Assembly (NCBI GenBank): GCA_052386995.1
Contig: JBQTJP010000230.1
Coordinates: forward strand, 1-37,069
Length of the DNA: 37,069 bases
Direction: 5' to 3'
DNA from: Armatimonadota bacterium
Lineage (GTDB): Bacteria; Sysuimicrobiota; Sysuimicrobiia; Sysuimicrobiales; Humicultoraceae
Below, piece after piece: positions 1-10,658 of this stretch. The stretch's first letter is position 1. Every line of letters begins with the position of its first letter. A program made the position numbers and the translations under genes. Below the pieces are notes generated by a model. That model ran no database searches and was not told the DNA's origin. It was given only the letters and a program-made list of their open reading frames with translations.

Positions 1-88
1 CGGTGAAGCCGATAGTGGGTTTTTCGGGTGCCCGTCCCTCCTTTAACGCTTACGCTTCCCGACGGCCGCCCGCCGCGCGCCCGCGGTG

Positions 89-871
89 TCAGCGGGCCGT
101 CCATCCTCCGTCGATCGTGTGGGTCACGCCCGTGACCATCGCCGCGGCATCGGTGCACAGATAGGCGACGAACGCCGCGATCTCGTCGGGCTCGATCAGA
201 CGCTTGATGGCCACCGGCGCCAGCATGATCTTCTCGACGACCTCGGAGGCCGGCATGCCGTGGGTCCGGGCGAGATCGTCGATCTGCCCTTCCACGAGCG
301 GTGTCCGCACGTAGCCAGGGCAGATGGCGTTCACCGTAATGCCGTGCTCGCCGAGTTCCAGCGCAGCCACCTTCGTGAATCCGACGATCCCGTGCTTGGC
401 CGCCACATAGGCGGACTTGAACGGCGAGGCGATCAGCCCGTGTGCCGACGCGATGTTCACAACCCGCCCCCACCGCCCCTTGATCATGTGGGGAAGGGCA
501 TACTTCGTGCATAGGAAGGTGCCGGTGAGCATGACACCGACCAGCAGCTCCCATTTGTCCTCGGGATAGTCCGCGATTGGCGCGACGAACTGCAGACCTG
601 CGTTGTTAACCAGGATGTCTAACCGACCGAACGCCTGCGCGGCATCGCCGACCATCCGCTGCACGGAGGCGGTCTTCGACACATCGACCTGGATAGCCCG
701 CCCTTGCCCACCCGCCCGCACGATTTCGTCGGCGACACGTTTGCCGCCGCCGGCGTCCATGTCCGCGATGCACACACTCGCACCCTCGCGCGCAAGCGCC
801 AGCGCGATGGCCCGCCCAATCCCTGACGCGGCTCCGGTCACCACGGCGGTCTTCCCTGTTAATGAGCCCAT
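89..871 (-). CDS. bdhA: 3-hydroxybutyrate dehydrogenase (classical SDR)
   Basis: TGAASGIG Rossmann motif, NNAGLQ, SAYVAAKHG (YxxxK), ASPFK and LVEGQI typical of HBDH; ATG at 871 with GGAGG SD preferred over 949. Confidence 0.88.
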   Translation of the reverse strand: MGSLTGKTAVVTGAASGIGRAIALALAREGASVCIADMDAGGGKRVADEIVRAGGQGRAIQVDVSKTASVQRMVGDAAQAFGRLDILVNNAGLQFVAPIADYPEDKWELLVGVMLTGTFLCTKYALPHMIKGRWGRVVNIASAHGLIASPFKSAYVAAKHGIVGFTKVAALELGEHGITVNAICPGYVRTPLVEGQIDDLARTHGMPASEVVEKIMLAPVAIKRLIEPDEIAAFVAYLCTDAAAMVTGVTHTIDGGWTAR

Positions 872-906
872 CGAGATCCTCCCGGGCAATAGCGGTTCGG
901 CCCGGC

Positions 907-1009
907 GGGGCACGGGGCCTCCCCAGAGCGGCCCGTGTGCCGAGGCCAACCCCTAATGCGTCCGATGGAGGCCGAGGCTGCGGGCCGTGGCGGGGAGGTC
1001 CCGTGCCCC
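907..1009. repeat. Long intergenic inverted repeat (REP-like pair / hairpin)
   Basis: GGGGCACGGGGCCTCCCC (907-924) vs GGGGAGGTCCCGTGCCCC (992-1009): 17/18 complementary; inner CGGCCCG (929-935) pairs with CGGGCCG (981-987). Confidence 0.75.
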
Positions 1010-1021
1010 ACAAGCCGACCC

Positions 1022-1748
<727 letters not shown>

Positions 1749-1774
<26 letters not shown>

Positions 1775-2501
1775 CGCCGGTTTCCTCCCCCAGGTACGCT
1801 TCGATGACGTCGGGGTCGCGCGCGACCTCCGCAAACGATCCCTCGGCGATCTTCTTGCCGAAGTTCAACACGGCGACGCGGTCGGCCAGATCGCGCACGC
1901 TGCTCATGACGTGGTCGATGAGCAGCACCGTCACCTCGCTGTCGCGCACGCGTCTGATCATGTCGACCGCCTGCCGCGCTTCGGTTGGCGTGAGCCCGGC
2001 CATGACCTCGTCCAGCAGCAGCAGCCGCGGATGCGTCGCGAGCGCCCGGGCGACCTCGAGCCGCTTCAGGTCGGCGACACCGAGGCCGCTGACATCGCGA
2101 CCCGCCAGATGGCCGATCCCCGCCAGGCTCAGCACCGCCCCGGCATCCTGCCGGGCGGCCTCCAGAGATTTCGGCACCGCGTGGCCGAAGAGCTCGCCGA
2201 CCATCACGTTCTCCAGCACGGTCATGTCATGGAACGGCTGCATCAACTGAAACGTGCGGCCGATGCCCAGATGCGCTCGCTGATCGGGCCTGGTCGCGGT
2301 GATATCGGTGCCGTTGAAGACGATGCGGCCCCGGTCGGGCTCCAGCAATCCCGAGATGAGGTTGAAAGTCGTGGACTTTCCCGCGCCGTTGGGGCCAATC
2401 AGCGCCAGGATCTCTCCGGCCCTGACATCTACAGAGAGATCATTGACCGCCACCAGGCCTCCAAACGCCTTCGTCAGGTCCTCGAGCGCAAGCAGCGTCA
2501 T
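1749..2501 (-). CDS. livG: Branched-chain amino acid-type ABC transporter ATP-binding protein
   Basis: FGGLVAV, GPNGAGKST, LLLLDEVMAGL, VIEAYLG. Confidence 0.92.
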
Positions 2502-3481
2502 GACGCTTCGCTCCCCGACGCCGGAGGGGCGGCGGCGGTCGTGGGCGTCTGTCGCCGCGCGACGGCCGCCGACCAGACACCGAGCAGACCCCGCGGCATG
2601 TAGAGGATCACCGCGGCCAGGATGAGACCGTAGATGATGAGGAAGCCGCTCCCAAGCGCCGACCGCAGCGCCTCCTCGCCGATTCTCAGCGCCACGGCCC
2701 CCAGCAGCGGACCGAGCGTGGTGTACAGGCCGCCGAAGATCGGCGCCACCAGCGCGCCGACGGAGATCGCCAGGCTGTAGGCCTCAAAGGGGTTGATGAA
2801 CAGGAAGACGTGCGCGTAGAACGCGCCCGTGATCCCGGCGAAGAAGGCACTGATCGCGAAGGCCGCCACTTTGAAGCGCACCACGTCGACGCCCATGACG
2901 GCCGCGACTTCCTCGTTGGTGCGGATCGCGGTGAACGCGAAGTGCCAGCGCGAGCGGTTCACCCGGTGCGAGACGAGCACGGCCAGCAGCAGGATACTCA
3001 GGATCACCAGGTACTGCCCCGGCAGGTTGCCGGCGAGCAGCGGCGGGGCGATCGTGCCCGCGGGTCCGCCGGTGAACCGCAGCTGCTTGGTGATCACCCG
3101 CAGTGTTTCAGTGAACGCGAGCGTGGCGATCGCAAAATAGATCCCACGCAGGCGCAGCGTCAAGAACCCGAGCGCCGCGGCGGTCGCGGTGGCCACCAGG
3201 CTGCCCAGCGCGATCCCGACAGGAATCGGGACACCGGCGCGCGCCGTCACCAACGCGGACGTGTAGGCTCCCAACCCGAAGAACGCCGCATGCGCGAGCG
3301 ACAGCTGTCCGGTGCGGGCCAGGATGTCCCACGAGAGAGCGAGCACCGCGAAGATGACCACGTTGATAGCCAGCTGCAGGTAGTACGGCTGCGTCCGGTT
3401 GAGCCAGAACGGCGCGACGACCGCCGCCGCCAGCACCACGGCCCCGACCGCCCATCGGGTCCCGTTGCGCGGTCCTATCAG
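2498..3481 (-). CDS. livM: Branched-chain amino acid-type ABC transporter permease
   Basis: GQLSLAHAAFFGLGAY, LRLRGIYFAIATLAF, AIRTNEEVAAVMGV; the first 170 aa of the ORF track call overlap livH and are spurious. Start is either CTG 3481 (CTGA overlap with livH stop) or GTG 3439. Confidence 0.88.
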   Translation of the reverse strand: MIGPRNGTRWAVGAVVLAAAVVAPFWLNRTQPYYLQLAINVVIFAVLALSWDILARTGQLSLAHAAFFGLGAYTSALVTARAGVPIPVGIALGSLVATATAAALGFLTLRLRGIYFAIATLAFTETLRVITKQLRFTGGPAGTIAPPLLAGNLPGQYLVILSILLLAVLVSHRVNRSRWHFAFTAIRTNEEVAAVMGVDVVRFKVAAFAISAFFAGITGAFYAHVFLFINPFEAYSLAISVGALVAPIFGGLYTTLGPLLGAVALRIGEEALRSALGSGFLIIYGLILAAVILYMPRGLLGVWSAAVARRQTPTTAAAPPASGSEAS

Positions 3482-4317
3482 AACAACCCCCTCGGACGCA
3501 CCAGCAGCACTCCCAGGATGAGCACGAAGAAGACACCTTCCGCCCACCCGCCGCCCTGCGGCACGTAGAATTCCACGAAGGCCTCGGAGATGCCGAGCAC
3601 CAGACTGGCATAGATGACGCCGTTGATGTTCCCCAGGCCCGCGATGACGATGATCGCAAACGCTTTGAGCGTGTAGAGCAGCCCGATGAACGGCGATGCC
3701 GAGAGCTGCAGGGCGATCATCAGGCCCGCGGTGCCCGCCAGCGCCGTCGAGATCCCGAACGCGAGCAGGTAGATCCGGTCGACCTCGATGCCGAGCAGGC
3801 TCGCGCCGAGCCGGTTCTGCGCAACCGCGCGCATCGCCTTTCCGATGCGCGATCTCCCCAGGACCGCGTAGAGGATCAACGTCAGCGTCATCGCCAGCGC
3901 GAAGACCAGCAGCTGGGGGAATCCGACCGTGAACGGCCCCAGGGCCACCGCCTTGGCCTTGTATCCGATCGCCGCCGTGCGGGGATCGCCGGTCCACAGA
4001 ATGATCGCCAGGTTTTGCAAGAAGATCGAGATCCCAAAGGTGAGCAACATCTGGTTGAGCTCGGGGGCGCGCAGCACGCGCTGGATCGCTAGACGGTGCA
4101 CCGCGCCGCCGATCAGGAAGAGCGCCGCCGCCCCGATGGGAATCGCCATCAGCGGATCGATGCCGTACGATGCAAACAGCCAGTAGCCGAGGTATGCGCC
4201 CAGCATGAGGAACTCGCCGTGGGCGAAGTTGACGACCCCGATGACGCCCACCGAGAGCGCGAGGCCCACCGAGGCCAACGAGTACAGCCCCGAGCGGAGC
4301 ACTCCGAAAATCAGCAT
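3478..4317 (-). CDS. livH: Branched-chain amino acid-type ABC transporter permease
   Basis: GVVNFAHGEFLMLGAY, GKAMRAVAQN, LLVRPRGLF; may extend to CTG at 4338 (LIETFVQML). Confidence 0.92.
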   Translation of the reverse strand: MLIFGVLRSGLYSLASVGLALSVGVIGVVNFAHGEFLMLGAYLGYWLFASYGIDPLMAIPIGAAALFLIGGAVHRLAIQRVLRAPELNQMLLTFGISIFLQNLAIILWTGDPRTAAIGYKAKAVALGPFTVGFPQLLVFALAMTLTLILYAVLGRSRIGKAMRAVAQNRLGASLLGIEVDRIYLLAFGISTALAGTAGLMIALQLSASPFIGLLYTLKAFAIIVIAGLGNINGVIYASLVLGISEAFVEFYVPQGGGWAEGVFFVLILGVLLVRPRGLF

Positions 4318-4390
4318 CTGGACGAAGGTCTCGATCAGGGCCTCCCGATCGGCGGCGTCGTGCGTCGCCGGTGCGGCGGGGTGGTGATAT

Positions 4391-4417
4391 CGGGGCCGGT
4401 GAGATCCACCGGCCCCG
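4391..4417. other. Perfect 11-bp stem-loop between SBP and permease genes (mRNA-stabilising or attenuating hairpin)
   Basis: CGGGGCCGGTG-agatc-CACCGGCCCCG, 14 nt after the SBP stop; no U-tract. Confidence 0.7.
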
Positions 4418-4431
4418 GTCTTATGTCGAGT

Positions 4432-5625
4432 TTACCGGCTGTACGGCGCCGGGTACGCCAGCCTGCCGCCGGCGATCTCGGACGGCCAGACGACGACCTG
4501 CTTGCCGTTCAACCACTGGAACGCGATCAGCTTCGTGTAGCCCTGGTTGCGTCCATAGATGGATCGCTTGAACGTCAGCGGCAGGCCGATTGGTCCCTCA
4601 TAGTCCGTCGCCTTCATCTCGCGCGTGAGGGCGGTCAAATCTGTGCTCCCGGCCCGGCGAATCGCATCGGCCACGGTGATCAGGTTCGTGTACGCGAGCG
4701 GGGCCCAGTACGAGGACGGGTCCTCGTTGAAGCGTTCCTTGTAACGCTGCACGAAGCGGCGGGAGGCAGCATGGCTGTTCGAATCGGTCCACAGCGCCAT
4801 GCCCGCGATATGGTTGCCCGCCGCGAGCTTCTCGAACCCCACCGGCCACGATGGCGGCGCGGCAAGGATCAGCTTGGGTGAGAACCCGACCTGCCGCGCC
4901 TGGGTCGCCATCGGCACCACATCCTGATCGAAGCTCACGAATACAAAGACGTCGGCCCCGGGGCCCTTGGCCTTCGTCAGCAGCGGCGTGAGATCGGGCG
5001 AGCCGCTTTTGAATGCTTCCTGGAAGTTGATCGTCAGGCCGTAATTCTTCGCGAATGCCGCCGCCGTATCGGCGGATCCGCTGCCGAAGGGCCCGTCCTC
5101 GTAGGCCAGGGCCACGGTCTTCGCCCCCGTGCTGCGGATGAAACCGAACGTGGAGTCGGCGTTGTGGTACTCCCACGGATGATAGTGGAAGAACCAATCC
5201 GCGTCCGCCAGGGCGCGCTCGACGAGCGTTGAGGCCGCGCCCGTCCACGCCATCAGGATCGGCCGCTGCCGCGCCTGCGCGGCGATGGCGATCGACGTCG
5301 CGGACTGGAGCCCGCCAACCAGCACGTCGGCCCGGTCCCGCGTCACGAGCTTGAGGAACGCCGCGGCGCCGGTTGGGGGATCTCCCCTGTCATCCTCGAC
5401 GAGCAGCTCGACGCGCCGCCCGAGCAGCGGCTGCCGGTTGATCTCGTCGAGCGCGAGTTGATAGCCCTTCTGCATCGCCTGCCCGCTGACGCCCGAGGGG
5501 CCCGTCAGGGGAATGATCACACCGACCTTGATCGGCTCGCGCTGCGCCCCGGCCGGCTGATAGGCGGCCGCGAGCAGCACGGCGGCGATCATCAGCACAA
5601 CAGTACTCCAGCCTTTCATGCTCAT
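4432..5625 (-). CDS. ABC transporter substrate-binding protein (LivK/LivJ-like)
   Basis: Signal peptide, IKVGVIIPLTGP, GRRVELLVEDDRGDP; ATG 5625 is 7 nt from GGAGG and overlaps the upstream stop. Confidence 0.9.
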   Translation of the reverse strand: MSMKGWSTVVLMIAAVLLAAAYQPAGAQREPIKVGVIIPLTGPSGVSGQAMQKGYQLALDEINRQPLLGRRVELLVEDDRGDPPTGAAAFLKLVTRDRADVLVGGLQSATSIAIAAQARQRPILMAWTGAASTLVERALADADWFFHYHPWEYHNADSTFGFIRSTGAKTVALAYEDGPFGSGSADTAAAFAKNYGLTINFQEAFKSGSPDLTPLLTKAKGPGADVFVFVSFDQDVVPMATQARQVGFSPKLILAAPPSWPVGFEKLAAGNHIAGMALWTDSNSHAASRRFVQRYKERFNEDPSSYWAPLAYTNLITVADAIRRAGSTDLTALTREMKATDYEGPIGLPLTFKRSIYGRNQGYTKLIAFQWLNGKQVVVWPSEIAGGRLAYPAPYSR

Positions 5626-6500
5626 CACGATCCCTCCTCATGGATTCGACGTGCGCGGTGATTTGGAGCGTCGGTTGCATCTCGGTGCGTTGCCGCGAAG
5701 CGCGGCTCGCGTGCGGTCAGGAATTCAACGATCAGACGGTTGGCGTCGTCGGCGCGCTCCCAGAGAAACAGATGGCCGGCGTCCGCGAACACGTGCACGC
5801 GTGCGCCGGGGATCTTTGCCGCGAGCAGATCCGCATTGCCCGCGGGCACCACGTTGTCCCGAATGCCGTGGAGAATCAGCATGGGACAGCGCAGCGACGC
5901 CAGCCGGCCCTCCGTGTCGTGCGCGGAGGCGGCCGCCAGTTGGCGATGATAGGCGGACAGCCCCTGGGGATGCGCCACCCGCCAGGCGACGTACTCGTCG
6001 AGCTCGCGGGCATGCGTGTCAGCATAATCGGTCTTGAGCTGATAGGCGAACGCCGCCCGCAGATCGCGCTCGGGATCACCGGTGCGCTGCAGGAACGACT
6101 GCACGGTCTCCTGGGGAATCGGCACGCTGTTCGGTCCGCCGAAGGACGTGCAGCAGAGGACCAGCCGCTCGACACGGTCCGGATAAGCCAGCGCAAACTC
6201 CTGGGCGATGAAGCCGCCCATCGACGCGCCGACGATGTGCGCCGCCGAGACATCGAGCGCGTCGAGCAATCCCGCCAGGTCGTCCGCCATCATCCGCAGA
6301 GTGTACGGCGCATCGGGCGCGGTTGATCGCCCTGCACCGCGGTTGTCGAACGTGATCACGCGAAAGTGCCGTTTCAGCGCCGGGGTCTGCTTGTACCAGA
6401 AGTGCCCGTCGGATCCCAGGCCGCCGATGAGCGCGACGGCCGGTCCCTCGCCGGCAACCTCGTAATACAGGCTGATCCCGTTGGCGGTCGCGTGCGGCAT
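5625..6500 (-). CDS. Alpha/beta hydrolase (PcaD / enol-lactonase or esterase-like)
   Basis: FDNRGAGRS, GASMGG nucleophile elbow, HGIRDNVVP (Asp), AGHLF (His). Confidence 0.88.
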   Translation of the reverse strand: MPHATANGISLYYEVAGEGPAVALIGGLGSDGHFWYKQTPALKRHFRVITFDNRGAGRSTAPDAPYTLRMMADDLAGLLDALDVSAAHIVGASMGGFIAQEFALAYPDRVERLVLCCTSFGGPNSVPIPQETVQSFLQRTGDPERDLRAAFAYQLKTDYADTHARELDEYVAWRVAHPQGLSAYHRQLAAASAHDTEGRLASLRCPMLILHGIRDNVVPAGNADLLAAKIPGARVHVFADAGHLFLWERADDANRLIVEFLTAREPRFAATHRDATDAPNHRARRIHEEGS

Positions 6501-6509
6501 CGGTCCTCC

Positions 6510-8057
6510 CTAGCCGGTCCCGGCGCGTGTGACCTGCGAGGCGAACTGCTCGCGCAGGAGACGCTTGAGCACCTTGCCCGCGGCGTTCCGCGGCAGCGCG
6601 TCGGTGAACGCCACCGACTTCGGGATCTTGTATCTGGCCAGCCGGCCCTCGCAAAACGCGATCACTTCATCGGCCGACAGCATCACTCCGGGCTTGGCGA
6701 CGACGACCGCGTGCGGCACTTCGCCCCAACGCGTGTGCGGCACGCCGATCACCGCCGCCTCGGCCACCCCGGGATGGTGATACAGGATGTCCTCCACCTC
6801 GGCGGGATAGATGTTCTCGCCGCCGGAGATGATCATGTCGTTCTTCCGATCGACGATATAGATGAAGCCTTCGGCGTCGATGCGCGCGAGATCGCCGGTC
6901 TTGAACCAGCCATCCTCGAACGCCTCCGCCGTCGCATCGGGCCGCCTCCAGTATCCGGAGAAGAGGTTCGGCCCTCGCGTCCACACCTCACCGATGCCGT
7001 CGGCCGGCACGTCGCGTCCATCGTCATCGACCACCCGGACCTCGGCGTGCATCGTGGCCTTACCGGCCGAGCCGGCCTTGCGAAACGCGTCGCCCGCGGG
7101 AACCAACAGGCACGTCGGGGCCGTCTCGGTCAACCCGTAGCCCTGCTGGAACATCAGCCCACGGTCGCGGAACGCCTCGATGATCGTGAGCGGGCAGGGC
7201 GCACCACCGCAGGAAAAGCGCACCCGGGAGAGGTCGGCGCGCCCGAACGCTTCGGAGGCCAGCAGCATGAGGTACATTGACGGCACGCCCAGCATCGCGG
7301 TAACACCGTGGCGCCCGATGAGCCGCACCGTCTCGTCCGGCTCGAACCTCCGCTGGATCACGGCTGTCGCACCTGCGTGCAGGCTGGGCAGGACGAGCAG
7401 GCCGATGCCCCCGGTGTGGAACATCGGCAGCGCGTTCAGCGTCACATCCGACGCCGTCAGACTGATAGCGGTGCCGATGTTCACCGCGTTCCACAGCTGC
7501 GTGCTCTGCGTGAGGACCGCGCCTTTCGGCCGGCCCGTGGTCCCCGACGTGTACATGATGAGGAAGGGATCGTCAAACCGCCCATCCGGCGGCGCCGCGG
7601 CGTGCCGGAGCAGTGTGGTGTACGACCCGGCCCAGGGCGGGGCGGCAGCTTCTCCGTCGAACGCGATGAATGTGCCCAGTGACCGCGCTTCGGACTGCGC
7701 CCGTACGCCTTCGGCCAGCGACCGTAGCTCGGGATCGACGAAAAGCATCACCGGCTCGCTGTCCCCCACTTGAAAGGCGAGCTCCGGCGCGGTCAGCCTC
7801 CAGTTGAGCGGCACGGCAATCGCCCCAAGCCACGCGGCGGCAAACAGCACCTCGATGTACTCAGACCGGTTGATCGACAGAATGCCTACGCGGTCGCCGC
7901 GCCCAACGCCGTGCGCGCGCATCGCCCCCGCCGCGGCCGCCACCCGGTTGCGCAGGGTGCGGTACGTCGTCGTCGCCTCGCCGTCGATCATGGCGGCCCC
8001 CTCGGGCACCAGATCGGCCCGCCGCTCGAGCCAGTGCCAGAGTCCCCAGCCGATCAT
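6510..8057 (-). CDS. Acyl-CoA synthetase (FadD/MenE-like AMP-binding enzyme)
   Basis: YTSGTTGRPKG, QGYGLTE, TGDL, SGGENIYPAEVE, LPRNAAGKVLK. Confidence 0.92.
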   Translation of the reverse strand: MIGWGLWHWLERRADLVPEGAAMIDGEATTTYRTLRNRVAAAAGAMRAHGVGRGDRVGILSINRSEYIEVLFAAAWLGAIAVPLNWRLTAPELAFQVGDSEPVMLFVDPELRSLAEGVRAQSEARSLGTFIAFDGEAAAPPWAGSYTTLLRHAAAPPDGRFDDPFLIMYTSGTTGRPKGAVLTQSTQLWNAVNIGTAISLTASDVTLNALPMFHTGGIGLLVLPSLHAGATAVIQRRFEPDETVRLIGRHGVTAMLGVPSMYLMLLASEAFGRADLSRVRFSCGGAPCPLTIIEAFRDRGLMFQQGYGLTETAPTCLLVPAGDAFRKAGSAGKATMHAEVRVVDDDGRDVPADGIGEVWTRGPNLFSGYWRRPDATAEAFEDGWFKTGDLARIDAEGFIYIVDRKNDMIISGGENIYPAEVEDILYHHPGVAEAAVIGVPHTRWGEVPHAVVVAKPGVMLSADEVIAFCEGRLARYKIPKSVAFTDALPRNAAGKVLKRLLREQFASQVTRAGTG

Positions 8058-8061
8058 GCGC

Positions 8062-9060
8062 TCACCATTGAATCGCCGTGGCCGCCCACGAATAGCCGGT
8101 GCCGCCGCTCAAGGCGACGACCAGATCGCCCGCATGAAGGCGGCCGTGCCGGTCGGCCTCGGACAACCCCACGAGCGGGTCGATCGCCGACATATGTCCG
8201 AACTCTTCGAGGTAGAACGCCTGATGTTCTTCAAGGCCCAGACGTGCCAGCAGCTCTTTGAATAGCGACCGCTTCGTGTGCAACGGCACCAGGAAGTCAA
8301 TGTCCCCCAGCGCGAAGCCGCTGCGCTCCACGGCACGCCGCACCACGTCGACAAACCGATCCATCGAGATGGGATCCAGGCGCGCCTTCATGCGCTGCGG
8401 ATCGGGGACGTCGAGAAAGTGCATCTGCCGTTGAATCGTGTCCGCGGATGGAGGGTGCACCGAGCCGCCCGCCGGGACATAGACATCGTCGGCAAATGAC
8501 CCGTCGGTGATGATGGCCGACGCGAGCACGCGATGTCCGCCGCCCCGGCGAAGCACCGCCGCCGCCGCGCCGTCCGCGAAGTTGAACGCGAACCGCGAGC
8601 GCTCGTTGCCGTAGTTGATGATGGACGACTCGCGGCAGGCGCCGACCAATAGCAAGGCGCGCAGGGACTCGTCCGCTGTGAGCATGTCACGGGCGACCTT
8701 GAGCGCGACCGGCCCGCACCCGCTGGTGGCCATCATCTCCATGGTGAACGCGTGGCCGAGGCCCAGGCCAAACTGGACCTTGGGCGCGCACGTCCAGAGG
8801 TAATAGTCCTTGTGCGCGCTGCCGAAATACATGATCGCTCCGATCTCGGCGGGGTCGATCACGTCGAGCAGCGGCCGGGCCGCCTTCACGGCCATGTCGG
8901 AGACGTGCTCGTCGGCGGCCGCGATGTGCTTGCCGCGCAGGCCGAAGCGCTGCTCGATCACGTCCTGCGGGATGCCGGTCGCCTCCGCGATCTCCCGGCT
9001 GGTCTGGTACGCTGCCGGAAAGTAAGTGGACAAGCCCACGATGCCAACCTCCGCGCTCAC
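8062..9060 (-). CDS. 3-oxoacyl-ACP synthase III (FabH)-fold protein, atypical active site
   Basis: FNFADGAAAAVL, FGHMSAID, GDLVVALSGGTGYSWAATAIQW thiolase-fold C-terminus; GTG 9060 overlaps TetR stop (GTGA). Confidence 0.85.
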   Translation of the reverse strand: MSAEVGIVGLSTYFPAAYQTSREIAEATGIPQDVIEQRFGLRGKHIAAADEHVSDMAVKAARPLLDVIDPAEIGAIMYFGSAHKDYYLWTCAPKVQFGLGLGHAFTMEMMATSGCGPVALKVARDMLTADESLRALLLVGACRESSIINYGNERSRFAFNFADGAAAAVLRRGGGHRVLASAIITDGSFADDVYVPAGGSVHPPSADTIQRQMHFLDVPDPQRMKARLDPISMDRFVDVVRRAVERSGFALGDIDFLVPLHTKRSLFKELLARLGLEEHQAFYLEEFGHMSAIDPLVGLSEADRHGRLHAGDLVVALSGGTGYSWAATAIQW

Positions 9061-9737
9061 GGCGTGCGCGCGGTCGCCGCGGCGGGGGCACGGCGCGTCC
9101 CGGCCGCGCCGTCGTGAACCGGCGCCACAGGGTCTATCCCTCGGAGCATGAAGTCCATCATGGCCTCGAGCACGGCCGGCCGCAGGCCGTTTCTCTCCCA
9201 CAACACCCAGCGCATGCCGAGGAAGTCCGCGATCCCCATCAGGCAGTACGTGAGGACCTCTGGATCGAGCGAGCGGATCTGTCCACGCCGCATCGCGTCG
9301 CGGAGCCCCGGCACGTACCCCTGCGCGAAGCGCCGATAGTACCAGCGGAACAACGTGGGATCGACGAACTCGGCCTGCCGGACAATGCGGTACATGGCGC
9401 GATGGCGCCGGATGAACTTGAAGAAGGCCTCGAACCCGATACGCTCAACGTCGCGCCTGTCCGAAACGCCGGCAATGGCTCCCCTGATCGCCCGGCGCAG
9501 GTCACGGCTGCGCTCGCGGACGAGTTCCCCGAAAATGGCGCGTTTGCTCGGGAAGTAGACGTAGAATGTGCCCTGCGCGACCCGGGCCCGGCGGGTGATG
9601 TCGACGACCGACGCCTCAAAGTACCCGCGGCTGCCGAAGGCCGCCTCGGCGGCGTCCAGAAGCTGCTGCCGTGTCCGGCGCCCCCGCTCGCGCTTGGGGT
9701 GGATCACGGGCCGGCGCGAAGATGGCAGGTGAATCAC
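9057..9737 (-). CDS. TetR/AcrR family transcriptional regulator
   Basis: LLDAAEAAFGSRGYFEASVVDITRRARVAQGTFYVYFPSK HTH; exact start uncertain (9737 GTG or 9728 CTG). Confidence 0.92.
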   Translation of the reverse strand: MIHLPSSRRPVIHPKRERGRRTRQQLLDAAEAAFGSRGYFEASVVDITRRARVAQGTFYVYFPSKRAIFGELVRERSRDLRRAIRGAIAGVSDRRDVERIGFEAFFKFIRRHRAMYRIVRQAEFVDPTLFRWYYRRFAQGYVPGLRDAMRRGQIRSLDPEVLTYCLMGIADFLGMRWVLWERNGLRPAVLEAMMDFMLRGIDPVAPVHDGAAGTRRAPAAATARTP

Positions 9738-9739
9738 CT
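9727..9739. promoter_or_regulatory. Palindrome at TetR start, candidate autoregulatory operator
   Basis: AGGTGA-A-TCACCT perfect inverted repeat overlapping the TetR translation start. Confidence 0.4.
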
Positions 9740-9803
9740 CTCAACTAACTTGCGCGGGCAGAGGTTTCGCTGCCTCCACCCCAGATTCCTTCAGGACGTG
9801 ATC

Positions 9804-10658
9804 CTAGCCCGCCGCCGCCAGCAACGCCCGCCGGCCGTACACCTTCACCAGCTGCGCGCGATAGGCCTGATCCGCAAAGAGATCCTCGAGCAATTCCACC
9901 CCGTCGGTGGCCTGCGCCATGGCCTGCCGCACGGTCGCGTCATCGATCGTCTTGTCGCGCAGGGCGGTCTCGACGCCCGTGGCGCGGAACGCGTGCGCCG
10001 CCGCGCCGGTGAACGCGAGCCGGACGCGCTGTTCGCGCCCGTCCGGACCAACGCGCACCACGGCCGCCGCGCCTACCACCGCAAAGCCACTCGCGGGATG
10101 CTTCATCTTACGATAGGCCGAGCCGGTGATGAGCGGAGGAATCGGAATCTGCACCTCCGTCAAGATCTCGCCTGGCTGCAACGCGGTGGAGAACAATCCG
10201 GTGAAGAACTGGTGGGCCGGGATCGTTCTGGGTTTGCCCGAACCCTGGGCGACCAGCCAGGCTTCCAGCGCGAGTACGGCCGCCGGGTAGTCGGCCGCGG
10301 GATCCGCATGCGCCAGGCTCCCCCCGATCGTGCCGCGGTTGCGCACCTGCAGATCGCCGATCTGTTCCGCGGCCTCGGCGAGCACGGGAAACCGCTCGCG
10401 GATCACCGGCGACCGCTCGATCTCGTTGTGCGTCGTCATGGCGCCGATAAGCACTCGATCCTGTTCTTCGCGGATATAGGACAGGTCGCGGATGCGCCCC
10501 AGGTCTACGATCATGGGCGGCGTTGCCACGCGGAGTTTCATCATGGACAGCAGGCTTTGCCCGCCGGCCATGACCTTCGCGTCCGGGTGCGCGCCGAGCA
10601 AACTCAGCGCCTCTTTGACGGATGTCGGCGCCGTGTACTCGAAGCTCGCGGGAATCAT
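9804..10658 (-). CDS. coxM: Molybdo-hydroxylase FAD-binding medium subunit (CoxM/CutB-like)
   Basis: MIPASFEY, AGGQSL, QVRNRGTIGGSLAHADPAAD. Confidence 0.9.
   Translation of the reverse strand: MIPASFEYTAPTSVKEALSLLGAHPDAKVMAGGQSLLSMMKLRVATPPMIVDLGRIRDLSYIREEQDRVLIGAMTTHNEIERSPVIRERFPVLAEAAEQIGDLQVRNRGTIGGSLAHADPAADYPAAVLALEAWLVAQGSGKPRTIPAHQFFTGLFSTALQPGEILTEVQIPIPPLITGSAYRKMKHPASGFAVVGAAAVVRVGPDGREQRVRLAFTGAAAHAFRATGVETALRDKTIDDATVRQAMAQATDGVELLEDLFADQAYRAQLVKVYGRRALLAAAG

Noticed and set aside
1..45. Minus-strand AAGGAGG followed by a frame reading APEKPTIGFT, like the start of an NAD-binding dehydrogenase
   Set aside because: No in-frame start codon after the SD and only about 10 codons are visible before the window edge.
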